Below, one piece after another: positions 62,421 to 64,000 of a DNA stretch of 64,000 nucleotides. The notes under the pieces are model-generated. The model was not told the DNA's origin. It saw nothing but the letters and a program-made list of their open reading frames with translations, and did no database searches. The first letter of the stretch is position 1; each line of letters begins with the position of its first letter. The position numbers were made by a program, and so were the translations under genes. The stretch comes from Chloroflexota bacterium (GTDB taxonomy: Bacteria > Chloroflexota > UBA11872 > VXNJ01): contig OZ252242.1 of the NCBI GenBank assembly GCA_965249595.1, positions 1,168,569 through 1,232,568 of the forward strand. The letters are read 5' to 3'.

Positions 62421-64000
62421 CTAGCGCGTGAAATTGGGCCGGATGCCGAGTTCGATGAGATCGCTGCGGATGAATAGATACAAATCGGTGGATCCGATTG
62501 GCGCTGGCGGATTGTGGAAGGCCAAAAAGCCCCAGGCCTGACCAATGTGATCGCCATTTGTGATCAGCGAGCCCACGCTGCCCAAATTCCAATCTCCGTA
62601 TATCCATTCGGGAAACCACTCGCGCAAATGTATTTGTTGGCGTTGGTAACCGGAGATTTCGACATTGAGTTCCAACTCGGCGCTGGTGCTGATGCCGAGG
62701 AACATGATTGCTGATCGACCGGGTCGAACGTCTTTGGCGCCGGATCCGTAATAGACGTTTGAGTAGTCGCGAAGGTACCAGGCGAGCGGCCAATGCGATA
62801 TCGAATCGGCAAAAATCGGCAGCTCATGTCCGACACCCGTCAATAGCCCGGCCGTTTCGATTAGCTCTATGGCGTCCGCGATGTCGGGCGAAGTTTGGGT
62901 GTATACGAGGGGCGTTCGCGGCACGTCTCCGTACAGAAAATTGCTCGGAATCGAATGACGTAACGTCAATGCGGTCAAGAGTGCTATCGACACGCCCAGT
63001 AGCCACAGCTCTCGACCCCGAAGTTTCCCTATCGATTGACCGCCGAATCGGGCCGATAGCAATATGAGCGGCAACAAAGGGTGCAGGGTCAGCCAGGCCG
63101 CCTTTTCGCCGGCGATCGAATAGATGAAGAAGGACAATAGAAGCCACCACAGCAGGAGCCCTCCAAAGACATCGATGCGTCGCAGCGCCGAGACTATCCC
63201 GGCTAGCCCAAGGACTGCAGCAGTGGGCTCGAGCAGGATTGCAAACAGCAGGTAGTAGAACCAAGGTTGATTGACCCGGCCGGATTCGTGCACTTGCGAC
63301 CAAACCGCAACTGAATCAAAGACCGACCGCCAGAGGTCGCTGGTGTTCTGCAGAAATGACGTGAAAAAGAGCGCCGGGATCGCAACCAGTATGCTGACCG
63401 CGGCCAGCAAACCCACCCAGTCGCCGAAGAACTGGGAGAACGCCCAATTGATCGATTTAAGCCGCCCGGATCCGCCGCTGACCGGGATTTGCGGCCGAAA
63501 CCAAGCAGCCAATGACCACAGCAGCAGCAGAAATGTGACGAAGATGAACCCGACGATGTAGGTGTTTTCCTTAATCACCAAACCAAGTCCCAGCGCACTG
63601 GCGGCAAGCAGCAGCCAGCGTCGCTGTGGACGCTCGACATAGCGAATCAGGGCGCCCATGGCCAGCATCGTCACCAACGCGATATAGATGTCGTTGCGGA
63701 GGAAACGCGAGTAATAGAGAAAGGCCGGCGAGATTGCCAGGAACAGCATTGCTAGCGCCGTCCCGTAGCGACCCAACTGACGGCCAAATAACCAGGGAAC
63801 TACCGCCACTAGGGCGATTCCGGCCAACGCTGGTAAGAGGCGAGCGCTCACATCTGAAATGCCAAACAGCGAATAGACAAGAGCATTGGCGTAGTAGAGG
63901 AATGGCCCGTGGTAAACCGGGTCGTAGATATGCACGAATTCGCTCAATCGATATGTGGCCGTTAAGGCGTGAATCGATTCGTCGTGGTGGAAGGCGCGCG
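62421..64000 (-). CDS. GT39/ArnT-like (PMT-type, TIGR03663-like) polytopic membrane glycosyltransferase; N-terminus probably beyond the right edge
   Basis: At least 10 TM helices. The reading frame stays open upstream of the ORF-track start through ...AFHHDESIHALTATY..., which matches the HxDE loop-1 motif of GT-C mannosyl/arabinosyl transferases, so the gene continues past position 64000. Confidence 0.55.
   Translation of the reverse strand, partial: RAFHHDESIHALTATYRLSEFVHIYDPVYHGPFLYYANALVYSLFGISDVSARLLPALAGIALVAVVPWLFGRQLGRYGTALAMLFLAISPAFLYYSRFLRNDIYIALVTMLAMGALIRYVERPQRRWLLLAASALGLGLVIKENTYIVGFIFVTFLLLLWSLAAWFRPQIPVSGGSGRLKSINWAFSQFFGDWVGLLAAVSILVAIPALFFTSFLQNTSDLWRSVFDSVAVWSQVHESGRVNQPWFYYLLFAILLEPTAAVLGLAGIVSALRRIDVFGGLLLWWLLLSFFIYSIAGEKAAWLTLHPLLPLILLSARFGGQSIGKLRGRELWLLGVSIALLTALTLRHSIPSNFLYGDVPRTPLVYTQTSPDIADAIELIETAGLLTGVGHELPIFADSISHWPLAWYLRDYSNVYYGSGAKDVRPGRSAIMFLGISTSAELELNVEISGYQRQQIHLREWFPEWIYGDWNLGSVGSLITNGDHIGQAWGFLAFHNPPAPIGSTDLYLFIRSDLIELGIRPNFTR

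Noticed and set aside
62223-62477. 84-aa ORF immediately after the 5S rRNA
   Set aside because: It starts inside the 5S terminator region and overlaps the 3' end of the convergent GT39-like gene. There is no ribosome-binding site and no motifs.

Overview
This window is a high-GC (about 62%) bacterial chromosomal segment that is mostly housekeeping genes. Features and coordinates were read by eye from the six-frame ORF track and sequence motifs; no database search, alignment or structure prediction could be run.

The main features in order are:
- ispH (partial) and thyX at the left edge.
- a pigL-like deacetylase, a family-4 UDG and apt; then obg and an rpsF-ssb-rpsR operon.
- a tightly coupled coaX-coaBC-recJ-rel array.
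- a complete F1Fo ATP synthase operon (atpZ-like, atpBEFHAGDC) followed by murA and an mreB/mbl homologue.
- uppP, a membrane pyrophosphatase (hppA) and hisC.
- three tRNAs (Leu-UAA, Ile-GAU, Ala-UGC), and a 23S-5S rRNA pair with no 16S gene in the window.

The less ordinary features are:
- two adjacent degraded DDE transposase (IS) copies.
- an SbcD/SbcC-like gene pair whose nuclease and ABC-ATPase catalytic motifs are all degenerate, followed by a small 4-TM protein. This is the best candidate for an undescribed system in the window.
- a fusion of a CinA/PncC-like domain with a NadD-like adenylyltransferase.
- a dispersed rRNA locus, with tRNA-Ile and tRNA-Ala separated from the 23S by protein-coding genes and 16S absent.
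- a perfect 36-bp tandem duplication inside rpsR.
- a frameshifted CPBP protease.
- a palindrome-rich AT-rich spacer in front of a small, frameshift-disrupted ORF with a twin-arginine (Tat) signal.

No CRISPR array was seen.
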